Positions 11,109 to 24,100 of a stretch of DNA of 64,000 bases are shown here, piece after piece; position 1 is the first letter of the stretch; every line of letters begins with the position of its first letter. Source of the stretch: Phoronis australis (taxonomy: Eukaryota > Animalia > Phoronida). Below the pieces are notes generated by a model that saw only the letters and a list, made by a program, of their open reading frames with translations, made no database searches and was not told where the DNA came from. Where the stretch lies: NCBI GenBank assembly GCA_002633005.1, contig NMRA01000335.1, forward strand, positions 186,001 through 250,000, in the 5' to 3' direction. Made by a program: the position numbers and the translations under genes.

Positions 11109-11365
11109 CATGCGCTCACCCAGCCTTAATATGGGTGGCTCGGATTTCTGGCGATGTGGACCCGTTTTACCTACAAAAAAGCCGAAAGATTAAAAAGAAA
11201 GATGTACCACGTCCAGAGCTGTGAATTGTGCGTTTGCGCCTTTTTAGTGGTCTTTTTGGCTCGTTTTCTCGGACTTTTTGTTTCTCTGAGGCGGACTTTT
11301 TGTCCACTTCGCCAAATGGGAGAGGTCATTCGAGCCCCCCGAGTCCCCCTGGGCCGGTGCGCATG
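11109..11365 (+). mobile_element. CATG-terminated MITE, family A
   Basis: CATGCGCTCACCCAG...GTCCACTTCGCCAAAT...GGTGCGCATG; short TIR; similar to 59279-59519; TSD not intact. Confidence 0.7.
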
Positions 11366-14300
11366 CATTTTTTGGCAAATGGAGGGCAGACGTGCAATTT
11401 ACACGAATATGTTCATCTCAAACGGCACGCAACAACTTCTTACGTTAAAAATCACGTACACCTTATCAAAATAAAAGTACTGACAGGCGGAAACCTAACA
11501 GTGAGGATCCACTGAACACTATCGCCATCTTCGAAATCACATATTTAGTTTAAGTTTGGCCAATCTCAATGAACTCTGAATGATTTCCTTGAGTTGTTGA
11601 TGGTTTCAATGTTGTTGTTTTGACGAAAAAGAACCCTATCACGGTAAGAGATATTATGAGTTTTATGAGAAAAACTTTCTAATCTTAGCCTACATGTATG
11701 TCTTTTTTAGTCAGCCAAACAGGACGAAACGCAGCTTTAATATTGGCTTACAAACCCATCGATGACAATTGGGCCCAGAAGAGGAATAAGTTCCTCCGAG
11801 TGGATAATAATCAAGAGTTTCACTAAACCCCACGAAACGATTCCATCTTTAAGGAGCTCTCCCGGGAAGGGATGTCCCCGCCCACTTTGGGAGTACCTTG
11901 CCAGAGAAGGGGCCGGGAATCCCGTCACGGTATCGTTTTAATAGACATTGGCCTGGGCGTACAGTAGCTAGCCCGATTCTTAAATCGGTCATGTCACAAA
12001 ATATCAATGATTGACAAAAGTTTTGACAGTTCTAAATGTCGTTACAGGATTGTATTCTCAATAAAAACTGTGGAAGAATTGCTATATGATTAAAATTATT
12101 TTACATAAAAGGCTTTAAGTTATTTTACAATTAAAAACCAAAGTTTTTATTTTTGTAAACGAGGACGCACACGTGTATTTGCGTCTTCGGTAGCTAGGCC
12201 CCTAGATGAAAAGACAACAGCGGTTGAACGTGGTGCTATCATAAACGGCTCTCTCAGTCACTCTTCTGGCGTAAGATGACACTGGTAAACAAAGGCGAGT
12301 GATTCCATTACCTTGACTTTTGCCACAAAAGGGTGCATGATGGTATATCGGAACTGTACTATCCCGTGCATCAGACTATTTGGTGAAACTTAATAAAACA
12401 ATTTCAACCATACCGTATGAGACTGTGGCCTTAGACGAAAAAATGAAGATTTGAAATTAGAACTTTGTGTTAGAAGTTTACTTAACAATTTAACTTTACC
12501 CGAAACTGTAAGTGCAATGTAAATGTTTTAATTATTACTTTAAGTTTATAGTCACTTGAGAATAAAGCTCTAAAATCAAAATCGGGTTTTTAAAGCTCAT
12601 CAGTATTAAAAAATCAAACTGAGTCCAATCCACTTAACCATTCAGATAGTTCTCGACATTTCCCTTACCAGTAACATAAGAAGTTCAATTATTGGCCTCA
12701 CGAGTGCGAAAAAGAGTCCTTCTTTCAATAAAAAACGTTCTTTTGGAGGATCCAAAGCGGTATTGACACAATGAATCGAAACTGATGGTTCAGAAAACCA
12801 TTGAACTGACCAGGCCTTCCAAAATTTGAACACGCGCTGCTTGAAGTCAATGGTATTGGTATCTCTTAATTAAAAATGAAAGTTGAAACTGCTTCTATGA
12901 TGTAAAGGAAACCTGCTTTCTTGAAGACCAGCTTTCGCATTTACGCGGTTTCAGGAAGGCGTTTCTGGCATTAGAATTAACTAAGCCTAGAGCTCTTAGT
13001 TTATGTCAGCTATCGTGGAATCGTTTTACTTCGTGCAAGCTGTAATATACTCACTTAAAAATGAGTGGATCTAAAGAGGCAACGCAATCTCCCACCCAAA
13101 AAAAGATTTGGCACGATCGTTCAATCTATATCTGAGCGTGACGTGCCAGAGTAATTTTCCGATCAATGTTATAAACACCAATTCGCAAACTGTGCGTTAA
13201 ATAACTGGATACGAGACTATCAATGAGTTGGTATGCGCACGAGCAGTCAAAAGTCTTTCAGCAAACTAAGCAAGAATAGTCCACCACTGAACCCTTCATT
13301 TATACACAGCATTTGTTCCGTTTATCGTGTCATCGGAAATTTACCCATTGCTGCTATCGATCACAGAACTCGCATGTATTTGGCCAATGCGGCAAATACA
13401 TAATCGCCTGCTAAACCTCACCATACAAGACTTCTCTGCTTGTCAGCAATGTAGGGATTTAGTGCATGCAAGAATCTGAGACCGCACGAAATTCTCGTTA
13501 TTGGAACTAGTGGATCGGGTCAGTGACGGTGACGGTGGATTCGGTGACATATCGCAAGTCTAGTAAATGTTACTGGAGTTGTTGATTTCGTTGAGATACT
13601 GGGGTAAGTATTTCGTTCCTTGTGTTCAGGTGTTACCGGGGTTCGTTTGAACGCTATCCCTCATGCTGGGCCAAGATCCCAATTGGATGGCTGGTTATAT
13701 TCTGCTTATGCATGTTTTGGACGCTACCTCCAACCAGTATGATGACTGTAATCCTCGCGCGTACTCTGTCGGTTCCAATTCTAAAATGGAATTTGCCGAG
13801 ACTCGTGTATGTTGTTGTAATTTATCTAGACACGCATGTTTAATTCACGTTAATTATGGGATGTTTGATGACAGGGATATTGTTACTGTGACCGAGATGC
13901 GTTTTAATGTTCAAAATAGACTAGGTTGAGTGAATGCCACCGTCGGGAAAATCCGGCAATTGGCTGAGTGATGAAGAATAGCAATACACTCGTGTGGAAC
14001 GATAACCGGCTCATGTTACATTCAGGACTAATTAACAGATATGATGTCCACTTTTAATACACACACATAGTCGTTGCGTCGTTTGCACAAGTCCAGTCGA
14101 CAGAGCTGAGCGGAAAAATAAAGCATCGCTGTTCGATATAATAAAAATGAAGATGAAGTTCTTTATGTCAATCGCATGAATTTAGTTCAGACACAGCCCA
14201 TCTTTACAGTAGCCGCAGTCTGACTAACATCTTATTCATGATCTCGGATTGATGAAATTAAGAAACCAAGTCAGTTCACCTATGATCTGAGTAACTTGAC

Positions 14301-14470
14301 CATTAGAACGAACCACGTGTTGACGAATAATGTCTTATTGTTGTTGACATAGCGCGATGTAGCAGTGGCTAGCATAACTACACGCGTTTATCGCAGATCG
14401 ATCGGGAAATTCTCTCCAGCTCGACTGACAATACTCGCCATATTAATAATTGAAACCTCGCATATTGATT

Positions 14471-15319
14471 AATGAACACGCTATTCGTGGAACGACTTAT
14501 ATATTCACGATGTCTTATATTCACACGGCAGACAACTTTACGAACAATCGCCTGTCTCTCATGGTGACTGCGAATTCACCAACACAGAATGAAAGGCCGT
14601 GGAAGAGGAGTTAAATCATAAAATGTATGGGAGTCCAAGTAGTTTCGGCTCCCTTTTTCCATTCACCCAATTGTGTCGCAATTTTCGAAATATTGCTCCG
14701 GTTATCAGGGACGGATCCAGGATTTTGAGTTGGGGGGGGGCATGGAAGAGTATTAGCCAGGATTTCATTTGCCCGTCAGACATTCGCGCCCCTGAACTTC
14801 CAAATGGAATCTGGGAGAATTTTAGGGGAGGCCATGGCCCCCTTGGCCCCCCTCTAAATCCGCCAATTGTTATCACATTTATTTCAAACNAATGAACACG
14901 CTATTCGTGGAACGACTTATATATTCACGGTGTCTTATATTCACACGGCAGACAACTTTACGAACAATCGCCTGTCTCTCAACACAGAATGAAAGGCCGT
15001 GGAAGAGGAGTTAAATCATAAAATGTATGGGAGTCCAAGTAGTTTCAGCTTCCTTTTTCCATTCACCCAATTGTGTCGCAATTTTCGAAATATTGCTCCG
15101 GTTATCAGGGACGGATCCAGGATTTTGAGTTGGGGGGGCATGGAAGAGTATTAGCCAGGATTTCATTTGCCCGTCAGACATTCGCGCCCCTGAACTTCCA
15201 AATGGAATCTGGGAGAATTTTAGGGGAGGCCATGGCCCCCTTGGCCCCCCTCTAAATCCGCCAATTGTTATCACATTTATTTCAAACNNNNNNNNNNNNN
15301 NNNNNNNNNNNNNNNNNNN
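14471..15319. other. Tandem haplotype duplication across N14890, followed by an N gap (15288-15319)
   Basis: 14471-14889 and 14891-15287 are near-identical; the second copy lacks a 20-bp segment and has a few SNPs. Confidence 0.85.
14706..14868 (+). mobile_element. hAT5-like MITE, family B
   Basis: CAGGGACGGATCCAGG...AAATCCGCCAATT flanked by the 5-bp direct repeat GTTAT; related inverted copy at 38977-39131; assembly duplicate at 15106-15266. Confidence 0.75.
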
Positions 15320-16287
15320 CCCCCCCCCCCCCAACCTCACAGTTTTCAAGGTGTCCCTGTCAGGACTAGGAGATGGGGCCCTAGCCGCTGTCTTAGTGGG
15401 TAGCTTAATACACGCTCTAGGCTCCCGTATGCATCAATTGCACGTCTCGATAACTATGTATGAACTACCAAATTTATTGTTGATAACAATACAAATTAAC
15501 ACTTTGATATCAAATTTAGATGCGATTTTTTATATTTTTAAATATTAAAATTAAGTCCGTCCACTAAAGACGAGCAGTGCTCGTACTAAAGGGTTAGCGT
15601 ATAAGCTAGATAAAACAAGTTTTATGCACAGCCAGTTGAGTTTATCTCTTTAAAGCGACACCTACATACATGTATATATGTAGCAAATGCTTTCTGTCAA
15701 AAACGATTTTTCAATTAGGGTGCGTACCGCTTTGAATGGTTTGAAATTATCCATAGTATAGAAATGATCTCTGGCCTCTGCAAGAACAGCCTTCGTTATT
15801 TCTTCAGACCAATCTCATAAATTTTCTGACATCGCCTCGACCTGAAATTTTACGAGTTTAGTCGGAGTAAAAATGAATGTTTATTTCTTTCCAAGCCAAG
15901 AAATTATTTTGGCCAATAAAAACAAGGTGAGACCAAATTCTTAAGGTGCGTTAAGGGGTGTAATTAAAACTTGTTTTGGCATACGTCATGGGTTTCATGC
16001 TTGCTAATTAATTCAAAATTCTGAACGGCGTGTTGCATGTGTCTCGGATGACAGTTTGCGTCAGTGTCCCACAAATATGTATACGCAGCTTACAATCAGA
16101 CGGTAATGTCTACAATTTGCTTCAAATGTCCACAAATACAACAAGACTATGATAAAGGGCATTCTGCAACAGCTGTTGTAAGATTAATAAACAGCGGGAG
16201 GCTTATAAAGCTCGCGCTAATTTAGTGTGGCCGTGTGCAGTGGCAAATAGACATTTAGACGCACAAGTTAAGGATAAAATCGCTGCC

Positions 16288-16365
16288 ATGTCGAAGAACT
16301 CTTACGAATCCTCTTGGGATGACGAACTTCCACCTTCGCTTCCCAGCAGAACCCGGAGCCCTTTG
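16288..16365 (+). CDS. Probable first coding exon of the unnamed membrane-protein gene (MSKNSYESSWDDELPPSLPSRTRSPL)
   Basis: GCCATG Kozak context, TATAAA ~84 nt upstream, TTG|GTAAGA donor, 78 nt, phase 0. Linkage to downstream exons is inferred. Confidence 0.6.
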
Positions 16366-16773
16366 GTAAGACTTGTATGCAAAGGATAATACATTTGGCT
16401 GGTAAAATTCCATCAATTTCGGATTGAATTATATAAATTTTAATCGAAATAAGGTCACCCTTCCGTCCATGTGTGCACTAAAGAGTCTGTGCTCCACACG
16501 ACTTTCAAGTTTTGGGCTGTCATCAAGAATACATGACTAAAGCGGCACATGAAACTTCTACAGCAAGTATCACCCGATGTTCACGGTGCGCCATGTATCC
16601 AGTGCCGAAAAGTTCTTCTGGAAAGCAAATGCGATTTATCAGACTGGGAAATAAAGCTTACGTAATAAACAACATGTTGCAATGCTATGCTAAAAGAATT
16701 ATTCATCGATGAAAATGTTAACTGTATGATAACAAGTTTTGATCATTATATCTGTAATGTAGCTTACATGTAG

Positions 16774-16833
16774 GTGGAAAATTACGGTTCATACGGGATC
16801 TTCCGTGACGAGCTGAAAAAACGTCAAGAAAAA
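16774..16833 (+). CDS. Probable coding exon 2 (VENYGSYGIFRDELKKRQEK)
   Basis: TGTAG acceptor, AAA|GTAAGG donor, 60 nt, open, phase 0/0. Confidence 0.55.
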
Positions 16834-18092
16834 GTAAGGATTAAGTAAACAAACTCTTTCCTTTGCATTCACCAATTTAGAACGTTGGATGACTTTCGTC
16901 AGTCAAAAGATGTCACCAAAATATAAACACTGCATACGTTTCAGCCCTGTTGTTTGCTTTATTTTACTACTATTTTTTAAAATATTGCGGTTGTTGAGAG
17001 TCTACCCATGATGCTCAAGCCAGTTGCCATTCATTACGTACGGCGGCCATTTTATGTGGTGGTGCAACACCAAAAATAGAACTCAAACTAAAAGTTTCGC
17101 ATTAAATTCAATTAGATTTGAAAAATATTTGGAATTTTGTTGAGTAATCATTATTTCAGCTTAAGATTCTATTGAACTAACTTGCTTCAATCCGTTTTAT
17201 GAAGTTTTTAACGAAATAGTTTCTCTAAGCAAACTAATTTTCGTTTCGTATCGTATTTCAATATACCTGCCGAAGTTAGCTACATAGTAAATGCAACGAT
17301 GCTATGAAACGCCGAACGTGCAGTGACAGTGTGACCTGTGTCTTCACTCCTTTCAATTAGGCTCGTAACATACGCGCACACACATTAATTATCGAATGTG
17401 TCCTTCGACGTTTCCTCTCTGTAATGAAACACAATCTACTTTACATTTCCTATCTGCTCCTGCTTGTCGATCAATTGGCATATTTTGCGAAAACATAACC
17501 CGGTTAATTTTCAAATTAGCAATGACTGAATGCTATTGACAGCGTTATATTAGCAATCAGCACAAAATGACTCTGAGTGATTCCGTAAATGCTGCTTATT
17601 TTGGTACAGATTTATCGTCTTCGGAAATCTGTCGCAGTCATTAAATACGCTTTGCTTCTTCGCATACGTTTTCATGAATGTCTCGTGTTGTCTTGCTATT
17701 AGTTCGTTTTCAGTAATTTATGTGTGTGCACATGATAATTTATATGTGTATTAATTCCGGTTGCTGCAATTAGTCTTGTGTAGTTGGCGGCAGTTCTCGT
17801 GGTTCTCTTATAACAGTATCTTCTCTCCGTGGTTAACCGTGTGCAAGGTACGTGACTTCCGCATGAAACGTTTTGCAATGAATTTAGACCATGAAGTACG
17901 TTGTGTGCTTCTTCCTCTGGCACGTGCGCAATACTGAATATTGTGTCATTCTTGATTATTTCGTGGGCTTGCGGGTACATGTATTTGCTGTTGCAGCGTC
18001 TCGTGTGAAATTACAACAGCGTTCAATTGGAAGGTTTTCTTAATTCTGGTTATACTTGAATTTCGGACGCCAACATTTTCACTTAGTTTCAG

Positions 18093-18128
18093 GTCTCTTC
18101 GGAGCGCGGAACACAGGAGGACGACATT
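18093..18128 (+). CDS. Possible small exon (VSSERGTQEDDI)
   Basis: TTTCAG acceptor, weak ATT|GTAAAC donor, 36 nt, phase 0/0. Confidence 0.3.
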
Positions 18129-19149
18129 GTAAACAAACCTTGCAAATTTATTATAGTAGATTGCTAGACTATTTAATTTGTCTTGTAAGTTGTTTCAGAT
18201 ATAGATGTACATTGTATTCGTGAAAATCGATATTTCTGGTCGCTCTTATAGTTGTCAGCTAGTGAGTTGCAGTCAGAATTTTATAACAAATTAATTGGTT
18301 GTGTTACTACACATTGATATCGACGGTTAGACAAACAGAAAGTAGTAAAGATTTTCGCCTGTAAGATTTTTTGCGCATGGGCAGTGTAGGGCACTTGAAC
18401 AAAATATGGAAGTCAGCTCGAGTGCATAAGACCACGAGGAGTCAAAACTGCAACAGATGATGCACATTGAAGGTTTTTCAAATTTCCAAAACATTTCCTG
18501 GCATTGCAAAACTTGTGCTGACAGAATGCTATCTGCAGTGTGGGCACTACCGATAGTGACCACAACACAGACAGAGTTCGTTTTACTTCGAAATAGGCTC
18601 CTTTTTACTCTTTCCATAACCCAGCACGGGAAGGGTAAAGATAGTTCACGGCATTCAAGATTACATTTTCTTCTTCATTGTATACAACAGGAACGCATCT
18701 CTTATCTTTGATGGAATGCTAGAACTCTTGACATTTATAACGACTATCTGTAAATCAATCATTTATTAATGTATTTTGATGTCAGTTTATATGCTATAAT
18801 CAAGCTAATTAGGCTGTCGACATAGATGTCGCTTTGCTTTCGAAAATTTTGTCTTTTTTGTCATTGATTACTGGTATGTACTTGGAGCTATTAATTTCAC
18901 TAATACCGATTCGTACGTTTGTGAAAGATTGCCAGTTCGTTGGTGAAGTGACGAGGTGCACGCATGTTGATTTGGAGGAATGTTATTTTGTTCCAAATGA
19001 AAAAGAGATAGTAATCAGGGTCCTAAAAAAATCCAGCCACTTTGTCACGGACCAATAAACACTAGACCCATAGTGCAAATCAGATACACGCCCCTCACTC
19101 AGGCACCTGCTGCAAACTCGATGATTCAATTCCACACAGAAGCAGTTTC

Positions 19150-19245
19150 CATCATCATCATCACCATCACCATCACCATCATTATCATCATCATCATCAT
19201 CTCCATTATCATCATCGTCGTCATCATTGTTAACATAGTCATCGA
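19150..19245. repeat. Imperfect (CAT)n microsatellite
   Basis: Runs of CAT/CAC/CGT triplets. Confidence 0.95.
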
Positions 19246-20724
19246 AGCCGTTCTTTTCAGGTTGCGGAAATAGAACCCTTTCCTGCCGACCTCCTCAACC
19301 ATAAAGGTCTGGCTACTCTGAATGCGAGCGTCACACTCAATTCTACCGACCAACGCCATCGCATTTTGGTCTACTATGAAAGTACATGTAACATTCACAT
19401 TCCTTTTCCGGCGAGCAATGCAATATTACATGCGTTAAGATCCGCTGTGATTCGAAGCTTCATTGTTGTCAAACAACGAAGTCATATTTTCAAATGTTAG
19501 GTCTACTATGAATGACAGAACAGTGATTGCAATCGAATTAACCGTGTCCATTCAAGCACAAGGAGGAATCCATCATTCTTGACCGATCTGTGAACTCCGA
19601 ATTAACTTCTACAGGCATTACGCTGGAAGTACGTCTCAATGCATTTTCAAGTAGATTCATTAGAATAGTACAGGCTCCTCTGGTAAATGGCTAAGTCTGA
19701 GAGTTGTAAAATTGGAAAAGTTACGCAAGTGTATTGATTCGGCATTCGGTAAGTTTTGCGTTCACGGCTTGTTAAATTGTTGACTTCGGTTTCTCATATT
19801 TTGAGTCAACGCGCTGTTTCTTTTTAGTGACATAAAGTTTAGTTTCACTAGAAGAGCCCATATTCATTTGTTGACGTTAACTAAAGCATATTCCAATACC
19901 AGAACCAGCCATCACCCGTCTCAGTGTACTTCCGGTCTCCAACGTAACATCCACTAGCTTTGAGGTTTCAGGCAGGTCAAGTGCAGAGCCGACTGTACGG
20001 GACACGTGACATCCTGAGTGGTTTACCAGGTGGGGCGTGTCATTCCGTCCCGAATATTTGGGTGACTCAGTTTTTCCAGTGAACATTTTATCAGGTCCCA
20101 GCGCCCTCGTTCAGTGTAGAATCACCCACAGAAATCCATTTCTGCCTTAACTGGGTTAATTTCACAAGTTGTTGTGGTGGTGTTTTGTTTCCGTAAACCA
20201 ACATGGTTTGGGCTGCTGGTGTAGAGTTTCATTTTTGATATTGCATTCATAGTTTCGATCAAGAGGGTGCTCTGTCCGATATTGAGGGTCGCTATTACTA
20301 CTTGTGATGTTGGTGACTGCTGTTCTGGCGGTGATAGTAACATTGACGACTAGTGTTACATGTATATTGATTGAATAGGTAAGAACGTATGTTGCTGACA
20401 ACGGTAGGCGGATGTATGAGGGTGACTCAGGGGACCCGGATGTTAATTAGTGCACTCTTATCGATGTTGGTGCTGATGACGACGGCCGTTATGTCAACAT
20501 ACATGGAATTAGCGATAATGATGAAAGTTCAATAATTCCATTGATACGACTTGTTACATACGCTTGCTATACAGCTACCGAAAAAATTGGTCTTCAATTC
20601 TCCTAGTACCTAGATGTTAAAAGATTACCTGTGCCATAACGAAGTTAGGTCTATACTTTTAAAAAAAGGCACAGCAAGAAATCATGCGGTTTTAATTCTG
20701 TAATGCTTGACTGTAACACTTTAG

Positions 20725-21120
20725 TGCCCGGTTGCATGAAACAGTCCCAAATGAAGACTCAACTAAGTTCCCTAAGTCTACTGTATTTGTGAACTTGTGA
20801 AAACACTGATTTTCCTTCTGACTTTGATACAATTTGAGAGTGAACTCTACGTTGAATTATCTATATCAATGAAAACAAGTAGGGATCTTTTCATAAAATG
20901 CCCTTAATTTAAGGACTAAGTCCCTAATTATTTTGACTAAATTAATGGCTCAGTTTTTAGTTACATTACTAGAAAATGTCATTAAGTCAAAGAAGAGCTC
21001 ATAATGAAGACAAAATGATAGATAAATATTACATCTGTGAGTACAGAACGAAACAAATTTACAAAACATTTTGGAAACTTTGTTGAGTCCCTGTTTGGGA
21101 CTGTTTCATGCAACCGGGCA
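20725..21120. mobile_element. PIF/Harbinger-type MITE, ~396 bp
   Basis: Perfect 27-bp TIR TGCCCGGTTGCATGAAACAGTCCCAAA; flanks TAG/CAG read as a near-match 3-bp TSD. Confidence 0.85.
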
Positions 21121-24100
21121 CAGGGTCCCACTATTTTCCCCTGAAATGGACCTGTTTATGATACACGTGTTCGAAAAAGACTGGCTGACGTCATCTAAGT
21201 TGGTGTTATGACGACTCTTGCGTAACGAACCATTCGATTTGATTCATTTCACACATCTTTGCAACTTGTTATTCATACTTGCTTGCTCTGCCGCTAGACG
21301 CATTAATCTACCCTTCCTTAATGCTTCTCTGATTAACCAAACGATTGTGATTCGAGTCTTATTCCTATCTATAAATGAATTTACAAGGCATTTATATCCA
21401 GCTATGCCGCATTTCGAATGTTCCTATTGTTCTGAACAGTCGCAAAGCTCGAGCCGCTCGAGTGAAGCACTTCCAAGATTCAACCAACCAAGCAACCATG
21501 CATTTTGTCCCAGTTTGTTGACTGACAACCTGTGAAAGAGAATCATGGTCGTCTGAATAGAAAAATCAAAATGGAGTCAGCTTTGGATTATACATCTGTT
21601 TGTACTATCTTGTTGTACATACCTGTGAACCATGGAGTACTGTGGCTAACTTAACGGATTGTCATATTTAAAGGAAACGTCCCATGTTTCATTCTTAGTA
21701 TTAAATGTCAAGTAAGCTTTGCGTGTAAAACTCACGGTAGTGTTAAAACAACAATGTTTTATAACCTTGTAATGTTTCGGTTAAAAATGCCTTTGAAAAC
21801 TAGTTTAAAGGATATGGATGAACTTAAAGAAATACTCAACCTCAAAACGGCATCTTTTCAATCAGTTGACAACGAGATTGCTGTTTCATTTTTCCAGGTA
21901 TTCGATCATTGCAATTTATCAACGTCGTGTGGTCATCTTCACTGCGGCGTTGCTTTGAAGAATTACGAGGGGATTTACATAAAACATTTCTCAAATTTTT
22001 GCACGCCATTTTCGAAGCGCTAGTGGTCCATTTATTAACCTGTGGAATACCCACTTTCGGCCGCGCTTCATATCCGGGCAACTAGACGCACAATAACACA
22101 CTATCGCATTTGCAAAGAAATGGGCCTACACGCATGGCGTCAGTATAAATCACCGAGCGGCACTACTGGGCGTGTGTCGGCAGTACCGTCTGATGTAGTG
22201 AGTGATGTAACCATGGACGGCATCTTGGCAAGACACTGTGATGATTTCCAAACAGCAAAATCAAATGCAAAATAGCAATGTAGCGCCCCAACACACTCGC
22301 GTTTCATGTCGACATTTTTTCTGATGGCACGAGTACTATTATAGCGAAATGTCTATTGTAAAATGTAACTCAGTGACGGGTTCTTCTCACGCGATACTCC
22401 TTGAAAAGGATAAAAAGTGTAAACGACCGTATAATATCAAGACTGCGGTCCATAAGCTTTCATTTTAAGTCCAATCACTCCGTCGTCTGATTTGACATTA
22501 AATAAAAATTCAGATATTTTACTGTATTATACGTTATATCGCATTCTATAAGATCTTGAAAAGAATCCTACGCCGACACCTTAACCTTTGCGTACCTCAA
22601 AGTCTGCCGGTTTAGATCAAAGTCATCATGCAGTTGTGGTTTTCTAAATCACCTCAGGGTACTGGTGTTATCGTTCTGTAGATAACGAGACCCATAATAA
22701 ACACATTGTGAGCGACAATAGTATTTTTAAATTTTGTTCGTTTTGAAAGTTTGTTAAAAGCATATTTGAATAGCTCGAGGTGAAAAGCACATGTGATTAA
22801 GCTTTTGAGTTTTGAAGATTGGACAAGAAATATGACTTTACAATCTAAAACCTTTGTTTAATGCTACAATAGTATGTTTCTCATTAATTCTGCTGGGTGT
22901 ACAACATAATTGGGTCAGTTACCAAATCACCAGGCAGCATTTAAATTTTCATGTAAGTCAAGCGTCATCGTACGTACACTTCTTAGCATATGTTATATGC
23001 TATAATTTTTATCACATTCGTTGTGCGAACCTTCTTATGCACCTACTTTCGTCGTCCAATTTTTGCGTGGTAGCCATTTTTGCTAGTGAACCGAGAGCAG
23101 GGTCCCGTGTTTACCTGCAAAACGAGAGACTCCCTTGTTAATCGCGTGATTTTGAGTGCGGGTCTTGGGTGACCCCGCTGTTGTTACTGAAACGTGCTCT
23201 ACGGAACGTATCCTAGGTTCAAGTTGTTTTTAGTCTTCGTGGCCTGTTGATAATGAATAGCGCAAACGGTGGAATGAAACATAAGTGGTAACCTCTCTCA
23301 CTCTCGACACTGAATTGACATACAGTTGTATACGTGACCATTTGAACAAGTGCGTGTAGTCGAAGGGATGTTTCTGTTGGACATAAACCTTACAGCTCAA
23401 GTCAACTTCGCTGTGAGGAAGCCAGTCTCAAGGGATTGCTCTGAATGTATCGCACACGAAAGATATACATATTTCAGGCGGCTTAATGAGAGACCTCCAC
23501 ACTGGCTCAAATTGAATTAAAATCGAATAAATATCAGAAGCATTGCCTAGAAATATAGGATTAACGGATATAAACAGATATTAGAATGAATAATCATTTG
23601 AAGCTCACAAGACTTCTTGATGAGGAATATCTTACATAGACGCTGGTGTATGTGATTGTTTACTGACATACGTGCAAGCGTACGTTAGTCAAATAAAGAC
23701 ATATCGTAAGTACCCTGAACAGTCAATCAGCGCATGTATTTGTTATTAGAATAATCCTTAAAAGTGTAAGTACTGATATCCACTAAGCCGTGGGGACGTT
23801 TTTACTGACTACAGCCGAGGCTGGAATGTGTACAACGATTTCTTAAAGGACGCTTTTGGATGTACGGCAATGTCCTTCGAGATATACGTGCGTTTAGTAG
23901 TCCCAGAACTGGTGAGCGAAATAGATAGCAGCAGAAAACGAGTCAAACGCAAAATTTATAGTTACTGAATTTTTGCTCGAATAGTCACAAAATGGCCAGA
24001 CCTCTAGAACAATCAATTTCTATAAGAAATGAATTCATGTAAATTATTAACTACACTCCCTTAGGCCTCTTAAGGTCATGAAATTGATCTCAGATCGTTC

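Noticed and set aside
13560-13610. Strong donor GGG|GTAAGT as a possible non-coding first exon of the plus gene
   Set aside because: No definable start or matching acceptor before 16288 can be established from sequence alone.
19073-19398. Poly-Ile / poly-Met ORFs
   Set aside because: These are translations of the (CAT)n microsatellite.
20253-20378. Exon-like segment (AG...GTAAG) with a hydrophobic peptide
   Set aside because: It has stops in all three frames and sits in GAT/GGT low-complexity sequence; no support without transcripts.
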